From NCBI GenBank assembly GCA_964476975.1, contig CAYZCN010000005.1, forward strand, positions 1 to 23,541: a DNA stretch of 23,541 nt, read 5' to 3'. The position numbers and the translations under genes are program-made. Under the pieces are notes generated by a model. The model saw only the letters and a list, made by a program, of their open reading frames with translations, ran no database searches and had not been told where the DNA came from. Shown one piece after another: positions 1 through 8,284 of the stretch. The stretch is from an uncultured Candidatus Saccharibacteria bacterium (GTDB taxonomy: Bacteria; Patescibacteriota; Minisyncoccia; Phycocordibacterales; CAYZCN01). How positions within the stretch are numbered: position 1 is the first letter of the stretch; each line of letters opens with the position of its first letter.

Positions 1-1582
1 TTTCTGGTAAAATACCAGCAATAATTCCTGCAATTCCCGCCAACAGTCCTTGGAAAAATATACCAAAAAAAGTCTGGATATCAAAAACATCATCTAGAAT
101 ATTTAAAAATACATGAGCCACGAAACCGAGCGCTACCGCTGAAGCAATACTTTGGAAAAAAACATTTGAAAGTGCGCGTGAGAATTTTTGAAAATCTTTT
201 TGAAAAAGTATTAAAAAAGTAATTGCAGTGAGTATTGTCGCTAATGAATATCCAAGTGGCAACATAAGTATTTTTGTTCCAACAATCCCCTCAACACGAA
301 ACAGTGACTCTATAAAATAACGCCAAAGAGGATGTGTCTCAAACAACTTCATGAAACCAAACGAGAACGCAACAATCGACACTGCACCAACCACATTCAC
401 TACTAGTGGTTTTTTAGTGTTTCCTGCAGCATAATATCCACGCACAAACAACAAAATAAGCCCTTGCGCTACCAAAGAAACAATGAAAAGTGCGAGTGCA
501 GCAGCAGTAAGACGAGTATCCGCCCAATCAAATGCACCTGAACCCAATATTACCCGTACTATTTGAGCACGTAATACTGCAAAAAGAGCAATAGCGGGCA
601 TTGACCAAAAAATAATGTGTCGAGCTGCGACAAGTATTTGCGCAAGAAATTTTTCAGTATCTCCTTTTGAAAAAAAGCGTGAAAGTGTGGGAAACGCTGC
701 AACAGAATACGATACTGCAATAATTGAAAGTGGTACCGCTTGAAGGTTGTATGAAAATTGAAATACTGTAATGGATCCTTCTACCATAAACGCTGCAAAT
801 CCAACAAGAACAAGGAGAGCAATTTGGTTTGCCGACAGTGCCAATGTACGGGGCAGAGAAAGTGTTAGGACTTTCTTAACTTCGTGTATATTTATGCGTA
901 CCTTAAATGTTGGAAAATAACCATTTATAATAATATACGGAAGTTGTATTGAAAGATGTAAAATCGCACCGAGTACAACACCCATTCCAAGACCTAAAAG
1001 GTCAAAAATTGGATAGAGAAAGAGTATACCTATAATAATTCCAAAATTATAAAATAATGGGCTTAGTGCATAGAGGAAAAAACGTCCTCGTGTCTGTGTA
1101 ATACTTCCAAGTAGATTAGAAAAACCAAGAAAAATTGGTTGGAGTAAAAGAAGCCGTGTGAGCATAACAAGATCTTGATACGCATCTACGGCTACAAATC
1201 CTGAAAAAAGTATACGTACAAGATGCGGAGTAAATAAAAATGCCAATATACTTACACCGACAATGGTAACGAAAAATACAGAAAAAATAGAATCAATAAA
1301 TTGCTTCTCACGGATTTGCGACTCTTCTCCTTTTTTTACCAAGAAAGGAATGAGGACATAAATAGATACAAAGGAAGCGATGGAAACAAAAATTATATCT
1401 GGAATACGAAACGATGCATAATAGATATCAAGTGTGACGCTCGCACCAAACGAATGCGCCAAAAGACGGTCGCGTAAAAGTGCTAGCGCTTGCGAGAACA
1501 GCGCAAATACTCCCAAAAGATACGCGGCCTCATGGAGTCCGCGTATCTCTCTGTGTATTACTTTTAAAATTCTGTTTACCAT
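1..1582 (-). CDS. murJ: Lipid II flippase MurJ/MviN family, 5' portion (start ATG at 1582..1580; C-terminal end lies beyond window start)
   Basis: Manual translation of the - strand from ATG 1582 gives MVNRILKVIHREIRGLHEAAYLLGVFALFSQALALLRDRLLAHSFGASVTLDIYYASFRIPDIIFVS... followed by many TM segments. The N-terminus matches the MurJ signature (SRxLGFxRDxxxAxxFGAGxxxDAFxxAFxxP). No other >=60-aa ORF is present in any frame over 1..1479, consistent with one long open frame truncated by the window edge. The six-frame track does not list it because it has no stop in the window. Confidence 0.75.
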   Translation of the reverse strand, partial: MVNRILKVIHREIRGLHEAAYLLGVFALFSQALALLRDRLLAHSFGASVTLDIYYASFRIPDIIFVSIASFVSIYVLIPFLVKKGEESQIREKQFIDSIFSVFFVTIVGVSILAFLFTPHLVRILFSGFVAVDAYQDLVMLTRLLLLQPIFLGFSNLLGSITQTRGRFFLYALSPLFYNFGIIIGILFLYPIFDLLGLGMGVVLGAILHLSIQLPYIIINGYFPTFKVRINIHEVKKVLTLSLPRTLALSANQIALLVLVGFAAFMVEGSITVFQFSYNLQAVPLSIIAVSYSVAAFPTLSRFFSKGDTEKFLAQILVAARHIIFWSMPAIALFAVLRAQIVRVILGSGAFDWADTRLTAAALALFIVSLVAQGLILLFVRGYYAAGNTKKPLVVNVVGAVSIVAFSFGFMKLFETHPLWRYFIESLFRVEGIVGTKILMLPLGYSLATILTAITFLILFQKDFQKFSRALSNVFFQSIASAVALGFVAHVFLNILDDVFDIQTFFGIFFQGLLAGIAGIIAGILPE

Positions 1583-1657
1583 CTCTGGGCTTCGTTAATG
1601 TGTTAACTTTTAACTTCGCTAGCATACCATTTATCGTATCACTAATGAAGTGTAGAA

Positions 1658-4039
1658 TTATTCCTCACTTATCGGCAACTGATTTGAGTCAACTATTTCT
1701 TCAGATAGTTTCTCTAGTGGATCTTTTCCAGACCGAAGGTTGTTGAGAATTGTTTTGACTTGATCGTTTTCTGGATTGAGAGAAGCAACACGCTCAAACT
1801 GATCTATTGCATCTTGGTTTTTTCCAACACGATAGTACGCAAGGCCGAGGAAGTAACGAGCATTTGAATATGTTTCATTCAATGCTACTGCTTGTTCTAA
1901 TGCATTAATAACTCCTAAGTCATCATTTTGGTTCAAACGAAGCATCCCGAGTTGAAAAAAGGTGACCGGGTTTCGTGGATCAAGAATTGTTGCAGCCTCA
2001 ACTGAAGTAATCGCCTCCTCTAAGTTACCTTCCTGAACTTGAATTTGAGCAAGGAGAAAAACTGCTGGTGTGTAGTTATTTTTCTTCTCAAGAGCTTGGA
2101 AAATAAAATTTCTCGCTTCTTCGTTATTTCCTCGAATAACAGCAAGTTGTGCAAGTGTGAGATACACGAGGGGGTTGTTAGGATTGAGTTCAAGAGCTTT
2201 TTCGTAAGACTGAATTGTGTTTTCATATGCACCCTCAATATTAAGGGACACAACTGAACCATATACTCGCCCTAAGGTCATCCAGTTTTGATAGTTTTGC
2301 GGGTCAATAACTGTCGCCAACTGAGCACTCTGTACCGCATTGCCAAAAAACTCTTGAAATTGCTTTCGCTGTTCTTCAGGAGAAACATCTGTCTCAGAAA
2401 ATGTCTGATTTAACTTAACAAGCTGTACCTCAGACATAAAACGCATACCACGATCAGTTCTATCAAGTCGAATGGAGCGTGTAATATTTTTTTCAGCAGC
2501 ATCAACGTCTCCGTCTACATTAAGCGCGTATGCACTATTTTGAAGATAATAATTTGAAAGATATTGTTGTCCTACAACATACATTCCAACCGCATCAACA
2601 ATCAAAAATATTGTCAAGAGGAGTATAGCTATAAAACCTAGACGAGGATTTGCTGCAAATACTATCTCTTTTTCAACCTGTATTCCCTCTTGGAAACGAA
2701 GTGAGGTGACAAAAATACCAGTGAAGAGAAGTGCGAAGGCGATGAGTGTTGTGTTAGGTACATACAAAAATGCCATTACCCAAAGATAGAAACTACCTAA
2801 AAATGAAGAGAGGAGAAGAAAATAAGTATATAACTCTTCAACTGGCTTCATAATAAGTACCCTCAGTCCCGTATAAAGAAACATTCCTAAAAAGATAAGC
2901 CATGCGAGTATGCCAAGCACTCCTGTTGTGATAAATGAAGTTGGAACAAAACCAATACCAGAAGTAAAATCTATATTCCAAAAGAAGGAGCTGTTAATTG
3001 ATACTGGTTTATGTTGAACCCACTCACGCATAAACGTATTGGGACCAGAACCAAAAAATGTGTTATTCTCATATGCTCGCTTCCCAATATCAATAGTGCT
3101 TTGCCACGATGGCCGTGCTTCAAACTTATTAAGGTTAAAAGCCGATGTCGTATACGTCCCCAAAAAATTACCAAAAATAATGAAAGCAAGAGATACTACC
3201 AACACTAAAAGTGCTGGAAATGGAGTGGTGTTTTTATTGTTGTGTTTATGTATATCGTCATCTTCCCCTAAAGTTCCCTGTCTCCAGTGGGTGTATGATC
3301 TTCTTGAAAGAGAGTAAACGAAAAATCCGAGAGAGAACAATCCTAGCACTACCCACACAGGAGAAAAGTTAATAATTGCCAGTAAAAAGAGTGCCGCACC
3401 AAGGACACTGTACAAAATATATTTTTGCTGACGAACGAGCGTTAATCCTGCAAATGCAGTAAGAGAGAGTATGGCAACAAGTCCGGTAAGAATGGAAAAG
3501 TCATTCCATTTACCTAAAAGAGTTGGTGTTAGGGAAGGAATAAAACTAAGTACTGCAACATCTACCCCCAAGAAGAGTCTCGCAATTTCTACTACTGCGA
3601 GAACAATAAAAGAAAGGAGGAATAAGATATACAACCGAAGTATTTTTTCTTTCGTGCGAACAAGTAGTGGTATCAACGTAAAGAACAATACAGCTCCGAA
3701 TATAAAACCGAACGTATCAACGTCAAAACCTGTTCCTAATAGAGAAGTGCGTGGGGTGCTAGACAAAAGAGCTGAAACAAGATACACAACAGGAAGTAAC
3801 CATGCAGCGAAAGTGATTTTATGATAAGGCAAAAAAAGTTTTCCACTTTCTAGCCGAGAAATCACATACAAAAAGAAGGCGATTAAAACACCTAAAAACA
3901 AGAAAGTTGTTTTGGTAATCTGAAAAGGTGCGGTAACTACAGGAATAAAGAAAAACGGCAACAAAAAGACAGTTCCGAGAACGATTTTTGAAGCTATATT
4001 TTCTAGGCGTGAAACTTCGGTTTTGTTAGTATGGGTCAT
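1658..4039 (-). CDS. Polytopic membrane protein with O-antigen ligase (Wzy_C)-like N-terminal domain fused to C-terminal TPR repeats
   Basis: 793-aa ORF. Roughly the first 480 aa are highly hydrophobic with many predicted TM helices, like Wzy/O-antigen polymerase-ligase proteins. The C-terminal ~300 aa contain repeated A..Y/F...A...P TPR-like 34-aa units (NAVQSAQLATVIDPQNYQNW..., AYENTIQSYEKALELNPNNPLVYLTLAQ..., RNFIFQALEKKNNYTPA...). This fusion architecture is common in Parcubacteria/CPR genomes. The gene sits directly upstream of murJ on the same strand. Confidence 0.6.
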   Translation of the reverse strand: MTHTNKTEVSRLENIASKIVLGTVFLLPFFFIPVVTAPFQITKTTFLFLGVLIAFFLYVISRLESGKLFLPYHKITFAAWLLPVVYLVSALLSSTPRTSLLGTGFDVDTFGFIFGAVLFFTLIPLLVRTKEKILRLYILFLLSFIVLAVVEIARLFLGVDVAVLSFIPSLTPTLLGKWNDFSILTGLVAILSLTAFAGLTLVRQQKYILYSVLGAALFLLAIINFSPVWVVLGLFSLGFFVYSLSRRSYTHWRQGTLGEDDDIHKHNNKNTTPFPALLVLVVSLAFIIFGNFLGTYTTSAFNLNKFEARPSWQSTIDIGKRAYENNTFFGSGPNTFMREWVQHKPVSINSSFFWNIDFTSGIGFVPTSFITTGVLGILAWLIFLGMFLYTGLRVLIMKPVEELYTYFLLLSSFLGSFYLWVMAFLYVPNTTLIAFALLFTGIFVTSLRFQEGIQVEKEIVFAANPRLGFIAILLLTIFLIVDAVGMYVVGQQYLSNYYLQNSAYALNVDGDVDAAEKNITRSIRLDRTDRGMRFMSEVQLVKLNQTFSETDVSPEEQRKQFQEFFGNAVQSAQLATVIDPQNYQNWMTLGRVYGSVVSLNIEGAYENTIQSYEKALELNPNNPLVYLTLAQLAVIRGNNEEARNFIFQALEKKNNYTPAVFLLAQIQVQEGNLEEAITSVEAATILDPRNPVTFFQLGMLRLNQNDDLGVINALEQAVALNETYSNARYFLGLAYYRVGKNQDAIDQFERVASLNPENDQVKTILNNLRSGKDPLEKLSEEIVDSNQLPISEE

Positions 4040-4196
4040 ATAATTATGAATTTTAGATTAATATAAAAGATTAAACGAACGGCTCGAACAACCATAGTAA
4101 TATAGTAACATAGTAACATTTAGTATAACAAATAACTGGGTACACGAAAAAAAAAGATTTTGCACGAGTATGCATGGTGGTAATTTCTATATTTTG

Positions 4197-4205
4197 TGTT
4201 ATGAT
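4197..4205 (+). promoter_or_regulatory. Extended -10 promoter element (TGtTATGAT) placed to start rnpB transcription at about 4211
   Basis: TGn motif followed by TATGAT at 4200-4205, about 6 nt upstream of the predicted 5' end of the RNase P RNA (P1 strand). No good -35 is present, as expected for an extended -10 promoter. Confidence 0.4.
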
Positions 4206-4210
4206 ACGGG

Positions 4211-4565
4211 AAGTCTTTTGTTAGGTAGTTGCTCCGTATTACTTTTAAGCACTACGGGGAGGAAAGTCCGAACATGTCCATTGTTTAAAATGGAGGACGG
4301 TAGCGGGTAACGCCCGTCGAGAGCAATCTTAGGGATGCGAGCAGAAACGTCTAAGCAGAGATGCGAAGACACCCTTGAAACTTAATTTGGGGGTGAGTTT
4401 TGTGGGAACACAAAAATGAAACGGCTAAATTCCTACCTACATGCAAGGCCGTACTCGGCGTTTTGCGCCGAGAGTGCCGCTTGACCCTGACGGTAACGTC
4501 AGGGCTAGATAAATAACTATCCACGACAGAATTCGGCTTATAGACAAAAGATGCATAAGATAAAG
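4211..4565 (+). ncRNA. rnpB: RNase P RNA (bacterial type A, rnpB)
   Basis: Contains the hallmark P4/CR-I motif GGGGAGGAAAGTCCGAAC (4255-4272), the GGGTAACGCCCG motif (4305-4316), and a 3' region AGGGCTAGATAAATAACTATCCACGACAGAATTCGGCTTATAGAC. The 3' region aligns almost base-for-base with E. coli M1 RNA ...CUAGAUGAAUGACUGUCCACGACAGAACCCGGCUUAUCGG. P4 pairs AAGTCCGAA with TTCGGCTT, including the conserved bulged U. P1 pairs 5' GTCTTTTGT (4213-4221) with 3' ACAAAAGAT (4554-4562). P3 hairpin is CCGTA...TACGG. No ORF is supported here. Length of about 355 nt is typical for type A. Confidence 0.88.
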
Positions 4566-4596
4566 ACACGCGAGGTAACCCCTCGCGTGTTTTTAT
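4566..4596 (+). terminator. Rho-independent terminator of rnpB (ACACGCGAGG-TAACC-CCTCGCGTGT + TTTTTAT)
   Basis: Perfect 10-bp GC-rich stem, 5-nt loop, followed by a T5 run immediately 3' of the RNase P RNA. Confidence 0.8.
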
Positions 4597-4633
4597 TGAC
4601 ACGCGCCCAATAAAAAGATAGGGTGTCAACAGA

Positions 4634-4960
4634 TTGTGCAAACAAAGGGAGACTGTTTTGAAAAACATTATCGTAGCAATATTCATACGCCTCGTACTCT
4701 TGTTCGGAATGGTCACTGGAGGATTCATAATGTTGTTCGGTTTTTTCTTTTTAAATATCTCAATCACACAGAACGACGATGCTAAAATTGAAGAACCTTA
4801 CCTGCAAGAAATCTTCCTTATGCTACAGGAAATTAAAGATATACAAGATTCACTGCTGATACATCCATTTATAATTTTTCTTGTGGGTATGTTGATTATG
4901 TTCGCAACTGGACTTTTTGCCGAACGGTACATAAAACATAAAGCAAAACCAGAAAAATAA
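4634..4960 (+). CDS. Small hypothetical membrane protein (2 predicted TM helices); probable true start TTG 4667 (98 aa) or ATG about 4706
   Basis: ORF between two terminator hairpins. AAAGGGAG (4653-4660) lies 6 nt upstream of TTG 4667, making a plausible RBS-start pair. Two hydrophobic stretches (IIVAIFIRLVLLFGMVTGGFIMLFGFFFL and LLIHPFIIFLVGMLIMFATGLFA) flank a charged loop. No recognisable family. Confidence 0.45.
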   Translation: MCKQRETVLKNIIVAIFIRLVLLFGMVTGGFIMLFGFFFLNISITQNDDAKIEEPYLQEIFLMLQEIKDIQDSLLIHPFIIFLVGMLIMFATGLFAERYIKHKAKPEK

Positions 4961-4973
4961 AGCGACTCCAAAT

Positions 4974-5008
4974 AAAAACACGCAAGGTAACCCCCTTGCG
5001 TGTTTTCT
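4974..5008. terminator. Bidirectional rho-independent terminator; paralogous copy of the rnpB terminator (ACACGCAAGG-TAACCC-CCTTGCGTGT, A-tract 5' and TTTTC 3')
   Basis: Same hairpin as 4566-4596 with compensatory changes in the stem. Flanked by AATAAAAAC on the 5' side (U-run for - strand transcripts of the RNR gene, whose stop is at 5028) and TTTTCTATT on the 3' side (for the + strand small ORF ending at 4960). Confidence 0.75.
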
Positions 5009-5027
5009 ATTCTCCACTTTCTAAGTA

Positions 5028-7400
5028 TCAGATTTCGCACGTTCCTCCAACACATGCAAGCTCTTTTGCCCCTTGTGTATTGTCCTCTTTTTCGTATGTT
5101 ATTAACTTTGAAAAATCAATACTACTTGTTCGTTCTGCGCGCTCCTCATATTCTTCTTTTGTTATTTCTTCATACGGTGCGAGTTTATACACATGGTCAT
5201 TTCGTGGCAAGAACGAAAGCCCGCCAATGTAATCCCAATTTTCATATAAAAAGTTAGCAACCTTAATCCATTCATCGGGTCCAACAGATATCGTCACTGA
5301 TGGGTTATGTTCTGTGAATGACTTTTTTAACAATTGCCATTGCTCAAGTAAATCGAGTGCATCAATGTCGTTTTTAAGTACTGCATTTTTTGGAGCTTTC
5401 ACAGGAAATTCAAGTACAAACGTATGCGCTTCTTCAACAGATTGTCCTACTTCAGGATGATACGGAATGCCATGATCTTTCAACATTTGAAATACGGGGT
5501 CAGTACGTGACACGCGCACACGACGAATGTAGTACTGTGCGAAACGCGGATGCATACCAGAAGCCGTATCAAGAAGTTGCGACGAATTGCCGTGTGGCTT
5601 AACACAGGTAATACACGTTGATTCATTAACCTTAAACCGTTTTGCATATTTTTTATTTACACGATTTCCCACCTTACGCAGTTTTGTGAGAACTTTTTCG
5701 TCACGAACAATATCATTATCGTAGTATCCCGTAAGAGAAACACCGAGCAGTCGCTCTCCTTCACAATTTTTCTTCCAGTCAGAAGAAAGATAGCCGAACT
5801 TCGTCAATGTTGATTGATACGTACCAAGAAGTGTCGCGATTTCCATTTTCTTTTCAAGTTTTTCAAGTGTGTCATTTGCTCGAATCACAATACTGGATAA
5901 ATTACAGAATTGTTTGGATTGCAAATAAATTTCTCCGCAAGGATTTGTGCGCAATGGTGTCTGAGTCAAGTCCTCACCATATTGGTTGGCAAGGTATGCA
6001 ATACGTCGCTCGGGAAGTTGTTTATGAAAACCAGACGCGTTAAAGATTCCCCGTTCTCCTGTTTGACTTTTTACCAACGCAGTCCACTCTTCAAGAAAAT
6101 ATTCAGCTGTTGGTTTTTCAGTGTACACTGCGGAGTTATTTGAAAGACTTCGTTGTGGTTCAGTCAAGAAAAACTGTCCCTTCTTTGAATCACGGAGGTC
6201 TATATCATCCAAGTCAGACAATGAAATAAGTGCACTTCGTCGCACACCACCAGCAACAACTCCTTCTCCGATTTTGCAAATAATATCGTGCACGTCAATA
6301 GGACGAAGACGCTTACCTTGTCGTGCAAGAACTTTTTTGCGTACAAACTCTAATATACTTCGGAGAGGGTCAGGGCCTGATGAGCGTCCACCCATTGTCT
6401 TAAGACGCGCTCCAGCTGGACGCAGTTTTGAATAATCAAAGTCAATATCTTTTCCAGAAAACCATGTTTCTAGACCCTTTACTAATGCATCTGCCCAGCC
6501 CTCCTTACTGTCGGGAATGACATACGTCTTTACTGTTTTTCCTGTCTGACGTTTAATTTGTGGAAGCTGTTCGGTAAATTCTGATTCAGCAGAAAAACCA
6601 AGCCCTGTACCACACATAGATATATACATAATCTCACCAAAGTCACGCAAAGCGGTTGGTGCGATAAACGAACAGTTGTACGCACACACATTTGAATTAC
6701 GCGCTGCTTCTCCCGCAGACCACAGTAGTCGCATTGACGGACATACGTCTTGTTTCAAAATTGCTGTTCGAACTTCGTCATACTCTTTTGCAGTTAGTTT
6801 CTTTTCAAGATTTTCTTTCATAAAGTCCATATATCTATCAACTGTTTCAATCCATGTCTCTCGTCTACCGTGTTCATTGCTCCAACGAGAGTAAGCTGTG
6901 TAATACACAAACTCTGAAAGCACGTCGTTGCGAAGATGTTTTTTACTATCCTTAACTAACTTTTTAACCTCGTCCGAAACCTGCACTCCTTGCTCCCGAA
7001 TTTTTGCTCTATTACTCCTGTATAAAATATAATGCTTAGACGTCTGTACATATTCACTCAAAATAAGTTCACGCTCAACCTCATCTTGCACCCCCTCAAC
7101 AGTCGGTACAAAATTTTTATACTTTTTAGCAATCTTTACAATATTCGCCATCACTTTATGCGCCACCATAAGTGCCTCTTCTTCAGAACCCTCTCCAGTT
7201 GTGAGCATTCCTTTGTAAATTGCTTTTACTATCTTATTAAAATCAAAAGGAGCAACGGACCCGTCGCGTTTTTGAATTTTAGGGACAAACTTAGTGTATG
7301 AAGTGTCTTTTTTTGCACCTCCCTTCATCTTACCTATTTTTATATCACCTGTAGTGTTAAGAGATTTTGTAACAGAATCTTTTTTTGTTGATTTAAGCAT
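5028..7400 (-). CDS. nrdJ: Ribonucleotide reductase, adenosylcobalamin-dependent class II (NrdJ-like) with N-terminal ATP-cone
   Basis: 790-aa ORF. ATP-cone-like N-terminus (KIQKRDGSVAPFDFNKIVKAIYKG). Catalytic-site NPCGEI motif (…LRTNPCGEIYLQSKQFCNLSSI…) typical of class I/II RNR active-site cysteine-glutamate. The C-terminal tail …ACVGGTCEI has two cysteines spaced CxxxxC, like the redox-shuttle tail of class II enzymes (e.g. CEGGAC in L. leichmannii RTPR). No NrdB-like small subunit is nearby. The stop is TGA, which confirms the standard code. Confidence 0.8.
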   Translation of the reverse strand: MLKSTKKDSVTKSLNTTGDIKIGKMKGGAKKDTSYTKFVPKIQKRDGSVAPFDFNKIVKAIYKGMLTTGEGSEEEALMVAHKVMANIVKIAKKYKNFVPTVEGVQDEVERELILSEYVQTSKHYILYRSNRAKIREQGVQVSDEVKKLVKDSKKHLRNDVLSEFVYYTAYSRWSNEHGRRETWIETVDRYMDFMKENLEKKLTAKEYDEVRTAILKQDVCPSMRLLWSAGEAARNSNVCAYNCSFIAPTALRDFGEIMYISMCGTGLGFSAESEFTEQLPQIKRQTGKTVKTYVIPDSKEGWADALVKGLETWFSGKDIDFDYSKLRPAGARLKTMGGRSSGPDPLRSILEFVRKKVLARQGKRLRPIDVHDIICKIGEGVVAGGVRRSALISLSDLDDIDLRDSKKGQFFLTEPQRSLSNNSAVYTEKPTAEYFLEEWTALVKSQTGERGIFNASGFHKQLPERRIAYLANQYGEDLTQTPLRTNPCGEIYLQSKQFCNLSSIVIRANDTLEKLEKKMEIATLLGTYQSTLTKFGYLSSDWKKNCEGERLLGVSLTGYYDNDIVRDEKVLTKLRKVGNRVNKKYAKRFKVNESTCITCVKPHGNSSQLLDTASGMHPRFAQYYIRRVRVSRTDPVFQMLKDHGIPYHPEVGQSVEEAHTFVLEFPVKAPKNAVLKNDIDALDLLEQWQLLKKSFTEHNPSVTISVGPDEWIKVANFLYENWDYIGGLSFLPRNDHVYKLAPYEEITKEEYEERAERTSSIDFSKLITYEKEDNTQGAKELACVGGTCEI

Positions 7401-7530
7401 AAGAAAAATAAATTATTGGTCTGAATAGTTTGTCTATTGTAACGCACAATGTTTTTTTGTGACGATGTGGATAAGCCAGCAAGAAATAAAAAAGTTTCTG
7501 TGTCTAGACGTTCGGAGTGTTTGTAAGTTC

Positions 7531-8007
7531 TTACAATTGTATTTTCATTATATCACTAATTTGTATTTTATTCTTTTGAACTTCTCCCGCACTCACTTCC
7601 AGTACATATTGTGCATCTTGTTCTGGAAAAAACACCTCTGGGTATGATTCAGGGAGCGCGTTTTCTTTTATTCCAACAATACGCAAATTCTCATCAAACC
7701 AAATAATATCAATTGGAAACAACATGTCCTTCATCCAAATACCAACACGAGATGACTCTTCAAAAACAAAAAGCATTCCACGACCTGCCTCCAAAAAATC
7801 TCTTCCCGAAAGTCCTTTTTGTCTTTTTGCGTCTGTATCAACAATATCAACAAGGAATACAACGTTATTTATCAAAACGCTTGGACTGTGTGTGTCGTTT
7901 TGCGTCTCTGTATTAAGGACAAGATGGGTATTTTGTGAAAACCACACCAATGTAAACAAAAAGACAACGAACATAGTCAGAATGTTATATTTTGTGTCTT
8001 TTTTCAT
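7531..8007 (-). CDS. DUF192 (COG1430) domain protein with N-terminal signal/anchor helix
   Basis: 158-aa ORF. The N-terminus MKKDTKYNILTMFVVFLFTLVWF is a hydrophobic anchor. The core …VDIVDTDAKRQKGLSGRDFLEAGRGMLFVFEE…MKDMLFPIDIIWFDENLRIVGI…VLEVSAGE matches the conserved DUF192 pattern (GLMxR…L…GMLF…MknTxiPLDiiFid…g.vv). Confidence 0.65.
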   Translation of the reverse strand: MKKDTKYNILTMFVVFLFTLVWFSQNTHLVLNTETQNDTHSPSVLINNVVFLVDIVDTDAKRQKGLSGRDFLEAGRGMLFVFEESSRVGIWMKDMLFPIDIIWFDENLRIVGIKENALPESYPEVFFPEQDAQYVLEVSAGEVQKNKIQISDIMKIQL

Positions 8008-8284
8008 ATTTTATACTGATATTATTTGATGTCCTTTATCCTCTATATTTCCTATCTTGTTTTATATTATATCACGCATAATACATCTATTAAAAATTAC
8101 CTAACTCACATTAGAAGCCTGTCTTCTAACATAAAATAACTATCAAGACTCCGACTCCCGATAGTTGAGGTTGGTTTGCACATAAGTTCAAACATTAAGG
8201 GTCGGACCTCTGATGCTTGCTTTATTTTATTTTTTATTGTATCGTATATTTTAGATACATTTTTGTGACGAAAGGAAGTATTAG

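Noticed and set aside
1480-1746. 88-aa + strand ORF spanning the murJ start and the murJ/TPR intergenic gap
   Set aside because: It overlaps the well-supported murJ N-terminus on the opposite strand and the 3' end of the TPR gene. Its sequence is hydrophobic and low-complexity.
4040-4200. Short degenerate repeats ATAGTAACATAGTAACATTTAGTATAAC upstream of rnpB as a possible tRNA or small RNA
   Set aside because: No tRNA-like stems or T-loop motif. More likely AT-rich promoter-region sequence for the divergently arranged TPR/murJ operon and rnpB.
4351-4767. 138-aa ORF on the - strand over the rnpB region
   Set aside because: It overlaps the RNase P RNA, whose conserved motifs and helices are clear. 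Its 'protein' is low-complexity and it has no RBS.
7433-7451. NrdR box upstream of the RNR gene
   Set aside because: The palindrome ATTGTAACGCACAAT does not match the NrdR-box consensus (acaCwAtATaTwGtgt-like 16-mer) and occurs only once.
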